Origin: Bacteroidaceae bacterium
GTDB lineage: Bacteria; Bacteroidota; Bacteroidia; Bacteroidales; Bacteroidaceae
DNA length: 64,000 nt
Assembly: GCA_024688885.1 (NCBI GenBank)
Contig: JAILDV010000003.1
Coordinates: forward strand, 3,668-67,667
Direction of reading: 5' to 3'
Numbering within the stretch: the first letter of the stretch is position 1; each line of letters starts with the position of its first letter. A program made the translations under genes and the position numbers. Shown here piece by piece: positions 44,891-53,305 of the stretch. The notes below the pieces were generated by a model. It ran no database searches. It worked only from the letters and a program-made list of their open reading frames with translations, and was not told where the DNA came from.

Positions 44891-46255
44891 ATGAAAAGAA
44901 TAATATCTATTTTTGCCGCCGCCGCTTGTTTCGTACTTTCTGGGTGTGGCATATACAACAAATATCAATCCACAGCAGAAGTGCCAGTCAATGCCTTTGG
45001 TAATGACGTCGTAAACACTGATGGCATACAGTTGGCAGATTTGTCTTGGCGTGAATTCTTTACAGACCCATTGCTCCAGCAACTAATTGACACTGCTCTG
45101 GTGCGTAACACCGACTTGAACTCTGCCCGCATTGCTGTAGAGAAGTCGGAGGCGGCGCTTCGTGCTGCCAAACTGGCTTATCTGCCATCGCTCTATTTCT
45201 CGCCTTCGGGCACATTGTCAAGTTTCGACAATAGCCCCGTATCGAAGGCTTATGATTTGTCTTTGCAGATGAGCATGGATTTGGATGTGTTTGGTTCCAT
45301 CACCAGCCAAAAGCGGAAGTCGAAGGCAGTGCTGCTGCAAGCGCAAGCGCAAGAGGAGGCAATACGTGCCAACTTGGTTTCATCTGTAGCTCAGCACTAC
45401 ATTCTCCTGTTGGTGCTTGACCGTCAAATGGAGATTCTCACAGCGACCGACAATCTTTGGAACGCTTCCCTTGAAACTCAGAAGACACTGTGGGAAAACG
45501 GCAAGTCCTACTCTACTGCAGTCAATCAGATGGAGTCTTCTTATCTGAATGTAAAGACACAGCTGGTGGATACAAAACGCAACATCCGTCAGGTGGAGAA
45601 TGCACTTTGTCGTCTGCTTGCCATCACGCCTCAGCACATCCAGCGCAAGCGTTGGGGGAACTATGAGTTGCCGCAACGGTTCAGCGTCGGTGTGCCTGCA
45701 CAACTGCTCACGCGTCGTCCTGATGTGCGCATTGCTGAACATGCGATGGAAGAGGCTTTCTACAACACACAAGCAGCGCGTTCTGCCTTCTATCCCTCCA
45801 TCACCTTGCAGGGTGCGTTGGGATGGACAAACAATGCTGGCGTCGTAACTGATCCTGGCAAGTTACTGTGGACGGCAGTGGCTTCGCTCACACAACCGAT
45901 CTTTGCACGTGGCAAGTTACTCGCAAACCTTAAAGTGAGCAAACTCACACAACAGGATGTGCAGAACAAATATGTGCAGACTGTCATTGATGCTGGTAAC
46001 CAAGTGAATGAGGCAATGGCGGATTGCCAAGCCGCACTGGAGAAAGACGGTTACTATAAGCGTCAGGTGGCAGTGCTTCAAGATGCCTATAACGGCACTC
46101 ATGAGCTGATGGACAATGGTAAAGCAAACTATCTCGAGGTGCTCACAGCACAAGAGAGTTTGCTCAGTGCCCAGCTGAGTGAAGCCATGAACCTCTACGA
46201 TGGTGCTCAAGCTCTCATCGCTTTGTACATAGCTCTCGGAGGTGGAACAAAATAA
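44891..46255 (+). CDS. efflux outer-membrane factor (TolC/NodT-type lipoprotein)
   Basis: 454 aa with lipobox VLSGC and ..WREFFTDPLLQQLID..NTDL... It is the third gene of the operon. Confidence 0.9.
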   Translation: MKRIISIFAAAACFVLSGCGIYNKYQSTAEVPVNAFGNDVVNTDGIQLADLSWREFFTDPLLQQLIDTALVRNTDLNSARIAVEKSEAALRAAKLAYLPSLYFSPSGTLSSFDNSPVSKAYDLSLQMSMDLDVFGSITSQKRKSKAVLLQAQAQEEAIRANLVSSVAQHYILLLVLDRQMEILTATDNLWNASLETQKTLWENGKSYSTAVNQMESSYLNVKTQLVDTKRNIRQVENALCRLLAITPQHIQRKRWGNYELPQRFSVGVPAQLLTRRPDVRIAEHAMEEAFYNTQAARSAFYPSITLQGALGWTNNAGVVTDPGKLLWTAVASLTQPIFARGKLLANLKVSKLTQQDVQNKYVQTVIDAGNQVNEAMADCQAALEKDGYYKRQVAVLQDAYNGTHELMDNGKANYLEVLTAQESLLSAQLSEAMNLYDGAQALIALYIALGGGTK

Positions 46256-46500
46256 GTGAACAACGGATTACAACCAATTAATCATACTAAATCAAAAACA
46301 CCATTGTAGAATACTTTGTTGACGGCATCCTGCTTTGTACACGTTGGAAGAATGTGGGCGATGACACGGAGAAACGTGAAAGTTGGGAGATTGCTTCCAT
46401 CAAAGATGGCAAGATGGAATGGACAGCCCTTCGCCAAACTTCTGATGGCACCTACTACACCGCCACTTTCAGTATGACTCAAGTGAAATAGTTTTTGGAG

Positions 46501-46585
46501 AAGTTAAGGAGTTAAGGAGTTGAAGCCGTCACCTTGCACATGAGGAGTTTCCACTAGCAAAGTCTCGGCTCTAACTCCTTAACTT
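46501..46585. repeat. GGAGTTAAGG-type hairpin element
   Basis: AAGTTAAGGAGTTA (46501..46514) mirrors ..TAACTCCTTAACTT (46571..46585). It is related to 12647..12755. Confidence 0.5.
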
Positions 46586-46604
46586 ATTTAAATTTCCAAA
46601 GTTA

Positions 46605-46720
46605 GGTAACTTAGATTTTTCACTTTTCACTGTTGGCTTCGCCGAAGATGTTCACGCTCGGCATAGTTCAAACAAGTTTGACTTCTGCACTCGCTTAATC
46701 GCATCTTTCACTCTTCACTT
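46605..46720 (-). repeat. ~118-bp intergenic element, copy 1
   Basis: GGTAACTTAGATTTTTCACTTTTCACTGTTGGCTTCGCCGAAGATG..AGTTCAAACAAGTTTGACT..CATCTTTCACTCTTCACTTC. I count 4 mismatches to copy 2. Its end overlaps the stop codon of the NhaC gene. Confidence 0.85.
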
Positions 46721-48352
46721 CTGATAGTAACGCCGCCGAGCAGACCTTCTATATCTGAGGAACAGAAACAGCAGGAACATCACCACAATGCCGAATGAGA
46801 GAGATATCAAGGCACTCTTTGTGAAGCCAGCCACAAGGAATGTGAGGAATGACACTGATGCTGCCGTTAACGCATAGGGCAACTGAGTGGTGACATGGTT
46901 CAAATGTTCACATTGTGCACCTGCCGATGACATGATAGTGGTGTCTGAGATGGGCGAGCAATGGTCTCCACACACCGCACCTGCCATGCAAGCTGAGATG
47001 GAGATGATCATGAGTTGAGGGTCAACTTCATGGAAACACGACACCACGATGGGGATGAGAATGCCGAATGTGCCCCACGATGTGCCAGATGCGAAAGCGA
47101 GACCTACAGAAACGACAAAGATGATGGCAGGAAGGAAGTGCATGAGTTCACTTGCAGAGTTCTCCACCAAACTTGCCACATAAGCAGCCGCTCCCAAATT
47201 GTCGGTCATGCTCTTCAGTGTCCATGCAAATGCCAGAATCAGCATGGCAGGTACCATCTGCTTGACACCTTCAGGCAGACATTCCATGCAGTCGCTGTAC
47301 GACAAAGACTTGCGTGTCAGATAGTAGAAGATTGTGATGACAAGTGCTACAGCAGAACCCATCACCAAACCCACAGAGGCATCGCTGGCAGCAAAAGCAT
47401 CAACAAAGCTCTTACCACTGAAATAGCCACCAGTGTATATCATACCGATGACACACCCGACAACGAGCAGCACAACGGGGATAATCAAGTCTGACACCCT
47501 ACCCTTTTTTCCATCCTTCTGAGCTTCCCCATTAGACTTTTTACCATTGCTTGTGGTGAAGAGGTCACCTCTGAGCGCATTTTCCTCGTGCAACGCCATG
47601 GGACCAAAATCCACTTTCATGAAGATGACGAAGAGCATCATCAGCATGGTCAGCAACGCATAAAAATTGAAAGGGATGGATTGAATAAAAATGCTGATGC
47701 CATTCTCCTCCTTGACAAATCCCGACACCGCTGCTGCCCACGACGAGATGGGGGCAATGATACAGATAGGTGCCGCTGTCGAGTCAATCAGGTATGCCAG
47801 TTTGGCACGGCTTATCTGATGCTTGTCAGTGACGGGACGCATAACAGAACCCACCGTCAAGCAGTTGAAATAGTCATCAATGAAAATCAGACAGCCCAAC
47901 AGCATGGTTGAAAACTGCGCACCTGCACGGCTTTTGATGTGGTTAGCTGCCCATGCACCGAAAGCTGCCGAGCCACCCGTACGGTTCATCAATTGCACCA
48001 TCGTGCCCAAGATGACCAGAAAGACGAGTATGCCGACATTCCACTTATCAGACAGCACAGTCATGATACCATCAGGAAAGAGTTGATTGAGTCCTCCCAC
48101 CGGATCAAAGTTCACGTTGAGCAAGGCACCAGTCACCAAACCCAAGAACAGTGAACTGTACACCTCCTTGGTAATCAGCGCCAGCGAGATGGCTATGAGA
48201 GGAGGTGTCAAAGCCCATATCGTATTTTTCACGGGCATGTGATTAATACCCACAGCATAAGCCAACCAACATATAAACAAAAGTACGACCAACTGCGCGA
48301 TGTATGTCAAGCGTTTAGACTTTTCCATTTTTACAGATCCAGAAAATTTCAT
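46715..48352 (-). CDS. NhaC-family Na+/H+ antiporter-type transporter (paralog A)
   Basis: 545 aa, polytopic, with ..FIDDYFNCLTVGSVMRPVTDKHQISRAKLAYLIDSTAAPICIIAPISSW.. typical of the NhaC family. Confidence 0.9.
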   Translation of the reverse strand: MKFSGSVKMEKSKRLTYIAQLVVLLFICWLAYAVGINHMPVKNTIWALTPPLIAISLALITKEVYSSLFLGLVTGALLNVNFDPVGGLNQLFPDGIMTVLSDKWNVGILVFLVILGTMVQLMNRTGGSAAFGAWAANHIKSRAGAQFSTMLLGCLIFIDDYFNCLTVGSVMRPVTDKHQISRAKLAYLIDSTAAPICIIAPISSWAAAVSGFVKEENGISIFIQSIPFNFYALLTMLMMLFVIFMKVDFGPMALHEENALRGDLFTTSNGKKSNGEAQKDGKKGRVSDLIIPVVLLVVGCVIGMIYTGGYFSGKSFVDAFAASDASVGLVMGSAVALVITIFYYLTRKSLSYSDCMECLPEGVKQMVPAMLILAFAWTLKSMTDNLGAAAYVASLVENSASELMHFLPAIIFVVSVGLAFASGTSWGTFGILIPIVVSCFHEVDPQLMIISISACMAGAVCGDHCSPISDTTIMSSAGAQCEHLNHVTTQLPYALTAASVSFLTFLVAGFTKSALISLSFGIVVMFLLFLFLRYRRSARRRYYQK

Positions 48353-48490
48353 CTCAATATTATATTAAAGCCCCCTCCGGTTGCCGTCCTCAGAAAGAGC
48401 ACTTTCTTCGGTCGCTCCCGACAGCGCAACATTTAGTTGCCCTGTTTCACCGCTCGCTACCCCCAAGGGGGAGTGTGCCATGCGGGGTGT
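48353..48490 (-). promoter_or_regulatory. conserved structured leader (copy A) with 27-codon uORF
   Basis: The reverse complement is nearly identical to 54958..55085. A uORF from ATG 48432 to TGA 48349 overlaps the transporter ATG (48352) in an ATGA arrangement. Confidence 0.6.
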
Positions 48491-48508
48491 TAGTATCCTG
48501 TTTACTTC

Positions 48509-48626
48509 AGTAACTTAGATTTTTCACTTTTCACTGTTGGCTTCGCCGAAGATGCTCACGCTCGGCATAGTTCAAACAAGTTTGACTTCTGCACTCACTT
48601 AATCGCATCTTTCACTTTTCACTTCA
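48509..48626 (-). repeat. ~118-bp intergenic element, copy 2
   Basis: Same orientation as copy 1. Together they bracket the leader and NhaC paralog A. Confidence 0.85.
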
Positions 48627-48650
48627 GATTCAATTCCTCATTCCTAACTT

Positions 48651-50393
48651 TTATTTCCTGAAAGGATAAAATGTCGCTCCCACACTTACAGCCCTATTCT
48701 GATAAAGCCCAGAGAGTTGTTCCCATGTGCCTGTCATGTAGCCACCCAAGTCGTGGTATTCAGCAAAGACGTTACACTTCTTGCCAAACTGCTTGTTTGC
48801 CTTGACGGTGGCAAAAAGATGAGGATGTTGGTTATCCATCGCACGTCTGCTGCTGTAGAGGAGCACTGACGAGAGACGGAAACCGTGAGGAAGGTTGAGG
48901 GTTGGTGCAGCCTTCAGCGTGACGAAGTCGTCATTCTTATAGGGCGTATCAGCACCTTCCTTTTGATGCTTGTGATAGTAGTTGGCACCAAATGTCAGTT
49001 CCCATGGTCCTGTCTTCCAGTAGACAGAACTTCTGATACCCAATTGCTGGTGGTTGGAACTGGAAAGGTGGCTAAACCACGTATTCTCAACACTGGAATG
49101 CAAGAAGAAGTTCTTCTGCTGATAGGAATAGCGCAACACCCCTTGATGCACAAGGTTGGTGCGGTAATCGGTGGCTGAATATTTCAGCGATGTCGTTGTT
49201 TCTGTCTCGTCAACCAAGAAGTCGCTCATTTCTGGCACATAGAAGCGACGGGTGAACAATGCCTGAAAGAAGTTGCGCCCAGCCTTGTAGCCCGCACTGG
49301 CAAGGTAGGAATGGTTGTTGCGCGCATGCTTCCAAGTGCTGCGGTCTTCTGAGTCATACTGACGGTTCCAGTAGTGCATCATGCGGTAGCGGTCACCGAA
49401 TGTCAACAACCACGGACCATGAGAATAGTCAAGCTGTGCGTAGAAGTCTGCCAACATCACCTGCTCACGACTCTCCTTGAAAGACAAGAAATTATCGTAG
49501 TCCAATTCTGCACCCACCATCAACCATAAGTCAGGAGTGAAGATGGGCGTGTTGAACTCCGCGAAAACGTAGGGATAGCTGTCACCCGTCTTATCGCCTT
49601 TGTTAGAACCGCTGGAGTAGTCGCCACCCATCTCGGCAAAGAGAATGGCATCGTTCTTGAACGTATGGGAGTAAGAGACCACCAGATTCACATAACGGTT
49701 AGAGTTCCCATGAGTAACCCTCCATCCCGGATTGAAAAGCTTGGTCTTACCGTCGCCATACTTTTGAAAAGCCTTGATGATGAGCCTGTCACTCTCGCTG
49801 ATTTTCCAATCCAAATTGAGGTGCAGGTTTTCAGCCAATTCACGGTCAGTCATACGCCATTCATCCGTAGGATATGCCTTACCATAGGATGTGCGTGCCA
49901 TCGCATAAGCCTGCACCGTCAGCTTTTCAGTCCTGTTGGTCACGTCGGCATAGAGCATGCCATTGCCATAGGTGCTGCCTGAGAGAGCCACCTTGCCGTC
50001 TCTCTTCACGTCTTCCCGATAATAGATGTCTATCACACCCTTCGTACCGCTCACAGCCTTTGCCACCGAACTGTTGCTGCATACCTGAATATGGTCTATC
50101 TCACAAGCCTTCACATGATTCAGGAAAGATTCCATATCCACAACGATACCGATGTTATCGACACGCACCGAATAATTGAGATCCAACTTCTTTCCGTTGA
50201 TTGACAAAATTTCAGGGCAGGTATGCAACACATCCAGCAAAGTCATTTCGCTGTCAGGATTCATTTTGTCCACATGAATCACATAGCGGTCGCCCTGAAA
50301 CTCAATAATGTCATTGTCATCTGCTGCACATACAGTTAAACTACTCATGCAAATCATGCATAGTAAAACACTGTTCATCAAATAGTTTTTCAT
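48651..50393 (-). CDS. outer-membrane beta-barrel protein (TonB-dependent-receptor-like)
   Basis: 580 aa with a signal peptide, a plug-like N-terminal region (..TKGVIDIYYRED..) and a long beta-strand-rich region rich in aromatic residues. Confidence 0.75.
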   Translation of the reverse strand: MKNYLMNSVLLCMICMSSLTVCAADDNDIIEFQGDRYVIHVDKMNPDSEMTLLDVLHTCPEILSINGKKLDLNYSVRVDNIGIVVDMESFLNHVKACEIDHIQVCSNSSVAKAVSGTKGVIDIYYREDVKRDGKVALSGSTYGNGMLYADVTNRTEKLTVQAYAMARTSYGKAYPTDEWRMTDRELAENLHLNLDWKISESDRLIIKAFQKYGDGKTKLFNPGWRVTHGNSNRYVNLVVSYSHTFKNDAILFAEMGGDYSSGSNKGDKTGDSYPYVFAEFNTPIFTPDLWLMVGAELDYDNFLSFKESREQVMLADFYAQLDYSHGPWLLTFGDRYRMMHYWNRQYDSEDRSTWKHARNNHSYLASAGYKAGRNFFQALFTRRFYVPEMSDFLVDETETTTSLKYSATDYRTNLVHQGVLRYSYQQKNFFLHSSVENTWFSHLSSSNHQQLGIRSSVYWKTGPWELTFGANYYHKHQKEGADTPYKNDDFVTLKAAPTLNLPHGFRLSSVLLYSSRRAMDNQHPHLFATVKANKQFGKKCNVFAEYHDLGGYMTGTWEQLSGLYQNRAVSVGATFYPFRK

Positions 50394-50442
50394 TTTTCTT
50401 TTACTTAACTCTGAGTGATTTTATTGATGTTTTAAAGATTAA

Positions 50443-50574
50443 TTATTCATTCTGAAATGTACTGGTAAACCCATATTGGTCTTTGACGGTACCCTTAAAC
50501 GTGGTTTCTTGGGCAAGCCCTATCATACCCCATGCACAAAACAGCATGGCAAAGAATAGTCTTTTTTTCAACAT
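50443..50574 (-). CDS. 43-aa ORF resembling the N-terminus of a TonB-dependent-receptor-type protein (possible gene remnant)
   Basis: MLKKRLFFAMLFCAWGMIGLAQETTFKGTVKDQYGFTSTFQNE has a signal peptide followed by the start of a CarboxypepD_reg-like strand (FKGTVKD..G). A TAAATTTG box lies upstream on the minus strand. Confidence 0.35.
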   Translation of the reverse strand: MLKKRLFFAMLFCAWGMIGLAQETTFKGTVKDQYGFTSTFQNE

Positions 50575-50856
50575 ATCATGAGAGTTTTTCATTAGCGAAT
50601 TGATAAAGTTGTCGCAAATTTAAGGAAAATTAGGTAATCTACCAAAAGATTTCCACGAAAAAATGAACATTGACAAACATTGATATTTAAGGTTCTCCTT
50701 TCGGTTTAAAAAATTATCACTTTACGCTTTTTCCCTCTCATTGATTTAAAAAATAGATGTTTTGCCTAAACGAAATCTTATTTTTCATCATTTTGCAACC
50801 GAATGGGATTGAATTACGAAGATATCCGACTGCTTCCACGCAAATGAAAAAACAAA

Positions 50857-50888
50857 AATTTAACAATTTAACAATTTAACAATTTAAC
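50857..50888. repeat. tandem 8-mer AATTTAAC x4
   Basis: Counted directly: 50857..50864, ..72, ..80, ..88. Confidence 0.9.
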
Positions 50889-50969
50889 ACCGAAGCAGGA
50901 GAGTCAAGCTTGGGCTATGCCTTGCGAGGGTTAATTCGCCGTTAGGCAATTTAACACCTCCACTGCCGC

Positions 50970-51046
50970 CATTAAGTCTTGCCCACAAACGAGTGTAAGT
51001 CTTGCCAACAAACGAACGTAAGTCTTGCCCACAAACGAGTTGCAAG
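50970..51046 (+). repeat. composite element copy L2: 23-bp tandem repeats
   Basis: There is a partial unit at 50970..50984, then full units ACAAACGAGTGTAAGTCTTGCCA (50985..51007) and ACAAACGAACGTAAGTCTTGCCC (51008..51030), then ACAAACGAGTTGCAAG. Confidence 0.8.
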
Positions 51047-51141
51047 ATAGAGAATATTCTCTGTTTTATGCCAGAAATCGGGAATATTCTCGTTTTTTTC
51101 CGATTTTTTGAGAATAATATTGCCACCCCCTCATATCGCTG

Positions 51142-51149
51142 TAACTTTG
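51142..51149 (+). promoter_or_regulatory. -7 box TAACTTTG with no protein gene downstream
   Basis: Matches TAnnTTTG. The next feature downstream is the 118-bp element copy 3 (51167..51284). Confidence 0.4.
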
Positions 51150-51166
51150 CATCAGATTCAGAAACT

Positions 51167-51284
51167 GAAAGTGAAAAGTGAAAGATGCGATTAAGCGAGT
51201 GCAGAAGTCAAACTTGTTTGAACTATGCCGAGCGTGAGCATCTTCGGCGAAGCCAACAGTGAAAAGTGAAAAATCTAAGTTACC
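51167..51284 (+). repeat. ~118-bp intergenic element, copy 3 (opposite orientation to copies 1-2)
   Basis: GAAAGTGAAAAGTGAAAGATGCGATTAAGCGAGTGCAGAAGTCAAACTTGTTTGAACT..AACAGTGAAAAGTGAAAAATCTAAGTTACC. Confidence 0.85.
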
Positions 51285-51325
51285 GAAGTTAATGATAGTA
51301 GCACAGTCGCAATTATGCCTTGCTC

Positions 51326-51433
51326 ACAAGCGCTTGCAAGTGTATTCCACAAACGAACGTAAGTCTTGCCAACAAACGAACGTAAGTCTTGCCCACAAAC
51401 GAACGTAAGTGTTCCTCGCAAACGAGTTGCAAG
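51326..51433 (+). repeat. composite element copy L3: 23-bp tandem repeats (3 good units plus degenerate flanks)
   Basis: Units lie at 51349..51371, 51372..51394 and 51395..51417 (ACAAACGAACGTAAGTCTTGCCN). There is a degenerate unit at 51326..51348 and a terminal ..GCAAACGAGTTGCAAG. Confidence 0.85.
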
Positions 51434-51527
51434 CTTTGAAATAGTGCAAGGATTGGCAACAATGTTTGCAAAAGTGCAATGATTTCATTTTTTTTTGGAT
51501 TTTTTTGGTCACTCTTTTTTTGTGGTG

Positions 51528-51535
51528 TAACTTTG
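51528..51535 (+). promoter_or_regulatory. -7 box TAACTTTG for the DUF4886-like gene
   Basis: Matches TAnnTTTG and lies 20 nt upstream of ATG 51555. Confidence 0.5.
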
Positions 51536-51554
51536 CAGCGAAATTAGAAAAAGG

Positions 51555-52676
51555 ATGGATATGAAAAGAATGATTTGGATTGGAATGATGGTCGCGCTCT
51601 GCCTGCAGGGAATGGCGCAGACAAATAAGACGACCATCGTGAAGCAGACTGCATCGAAGCAGACAACGACAACGAAGAAGCCATCGACAACAATGAAGAA
51701 GACGAATACCACCAAGCAGGCGGCTGCATCGAAACCCGCTGTTGCCAAGACTGACAAGACGAATTTCAACCAGAAAACGGCTGCGAACACGCAGGCTCAG
51801 AAGGAGAATGCAGCGTTGCAGCAATCGACGGGCTATCTGTACAACCCTCCTCTACCCTATCTGCCACAGAAACTGGATGTGCTCTTCGTGGGCAATTCGT
51901 TCTCTATCGACACCAGTACGGCACTGCCTTCCATTCTGAGTTCGATGGGCATGAACAACGTGAATGTGTATGTGCTCTATAAGGGGGGCTGTTCGATGAA
52001 GCAGCACTATGAGTTTTACAAGAGCAACGAGAAGGTGTATGAACTGTATCGCTATAACAGTCAAGGGGAGGTGCAACTGGAGAAGGCGACGAGCATCGGT
52101 GAGGTAATGCAAAGGTTCCCTTATGACGTGGTGGTGTGGCAGCAGTATTCGTTGGAGTCGGGTGATTACACCACCTACGAACCGTATCTGTCGAAACTGA
52201 TTCAGGCTTATAACATCACCAAATTGTCGGCGCGCACCACATTTGCCTTCAACGAGACTTGGGCGTATGCTTCGAATTTCAAGAACCTGTCGAAGTTCAA
52301 AACTCAGAAGAACATGTGGAAGAGCATCTGCACGGCGGTGAGGAAGATGAAGGCGGCATCGGGCATTGATGTGGTCATCCCATGCGGAACGGCTGTGCAG
52401 AACGCCAGAGAGGTGGAGGCGCTGAAGGTTGACAATGAACTGACGCGTGACGGTACGCACATCAACAACTATGCAGGGCGATACCTGTTGGCATGCACGT
52501 TCTTTGAAAGCATCATCGCTCCCTGCATGAACCGCAGCATCCGTGAGGACAACACCACGTATGGGAAGAGCACAGATGTGGGACAGGTGAACGACAGCAA
52601 CCGACGACTGCTGCAGAACTGTGCGCGACTGGCTGTGGCTAATAATTACGAAATCAGCGAGTTTGCAGGGCAATAA
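51555..52676 (+). CDS. DUF4886-like (SGNH-hydrolase-type) secreted protein with Thr/Lys-rich linker
   Basis: 373 aa with a signal peptide, a low-complexity T/K region and ..LDVLFVGNSFSIDT.. plus ..DGTHIN.. motifs. Confidence 0.75.
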   Translation: MDMKRMIWIGMMVALCLQGMAQTNKTTIVKQTASKQTTTTKKPSTTMKKTNTTKQAAASKPAVAKTDKTNFNQKTAANTQAQKENAALQQSTGYLYNPPLPYLPQKLDVLFVGNSFSIDTSTALPSILSSMGMNNVNVYVLYKGGCSMKQHYEFYKSNEKVYELYRYNSQGEVQLEKATSIGEVMQRFPYDVVVWQQYSLESGDYTTYEPYLSKLIQAYNITKLSARTTFAFNETWAYASNFKNLSKFKTQKNMWKSICTAVRKMKAASGIDVVIPCGTAVQNAREVEALKVDNELTRDGTHINNYAGRYLLACTFFESIIAPCMNRSIREDNTTYGKSTDVGQVNDSNRRLLQNCARLAVANNYEISEFAGQ

Positions 52677-52783
52677 GTGTTAAACATCATTAAGAAACAA
52701 ACATTTACGGCGTTTCCTGTCTGTTTTTTCGTTGATAAAGAGTAACTTTGCAACATCTTATTGATAAAGTAACTGATAACGAT

Positions 52784-53275
52784 ATGAAAAAAATCATTCT
52801 CTCTTTGCTTGTGCTGATGGCATCAGTGGCAAGCGTTCAGGCGCAAGACCTTTTCAAGACCGTACGCGACAACGCTACGAAAGTGGTGAACAACCCAGCA
52901 TCTTCTGATGAGGAGATTCAAATCAACCAGTTCAAGGTGACTGCCCTGAACTACCTCTCCATGATGGTGCAGAAGCGCGGCTTGAAGAAGGACACTTACT
53001 TCTATGACAGCCAGGCTGTGAACATGACTTCGTTCATCACCGACTTCCAGGTGAATCTGGAAAAGGCTCGTGCCATCTCTCCTGCCAAGCGTCTGGAGAT
53101 TATCAAAATCTATACAGATGCCAGCAAGTTCAACCCCATGTTCAAGGATACTGACAAGGATAGAGCCAATGCGTATGTGAACGACAAGACTACCATGACT
53201 CCTTTCTGCCTTGACACTGACTGGGAAAAAGCTTACGACCAAGCCACTACACTCGCCAAGGCTGCTCTGAAGTAG
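52784..53275 (+). CDS. hypothetical secreted protein
   Basis: Met 52784 (MKKIILSLLVLMASVASVQAQ) follows the TAACTTTG box at 52743..52750. The track start at 52748 would lie inside the promoter. Confidence 0.7.
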   Translation: MKKIILSLLVLMASVASVQAQDLFKTVRDNATKVVNNPASSDEEIQINQFKVTALNYLSMMVQKRGLKKDTYFYDSQAVNMTSFITDFQVNLEKARAISPAKRLEIIKIYTDASKFNPMFKDTDKDRANAYVNDKTTMTPFCLDTDWEKAYDQATTLAKAALK

Positions 53276-53305
53276 TCGGGGAGTTGAGTTGCAAATTCAT
53301 CGGCA

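Noticed and set aside
46291-46491. Open plus-strand frame ending ..KDGKMEWTALRQTSDGTYYTATFSMTQVK after the RND operon. It may be the C-terminal remnant of a lost gene.
   Set aside because: There is no plausible start codon for most of its length and no recognisable family. It is too weak to annotate, so I mention it only as possible gene debris next to the repeat-rich region.
50970-51433. Possible CRISPR array, because of regularly spaced ~23-bp repeats (also at 39577..39622).
   Set aside because: Units are directly tandem with no spacers. There are only 2-3 units per locus, and no cas genes or leader. It is not a CRISPR.
51324-51824. ORFs across the repeat region (51324..51824, 51509..51790, 50884..51126, 39358..39624).
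   Set aside because: They translate the 23-bp tandem arrays and promoter region, or are antisense to the DUF4886-like gene. No start context supports them.
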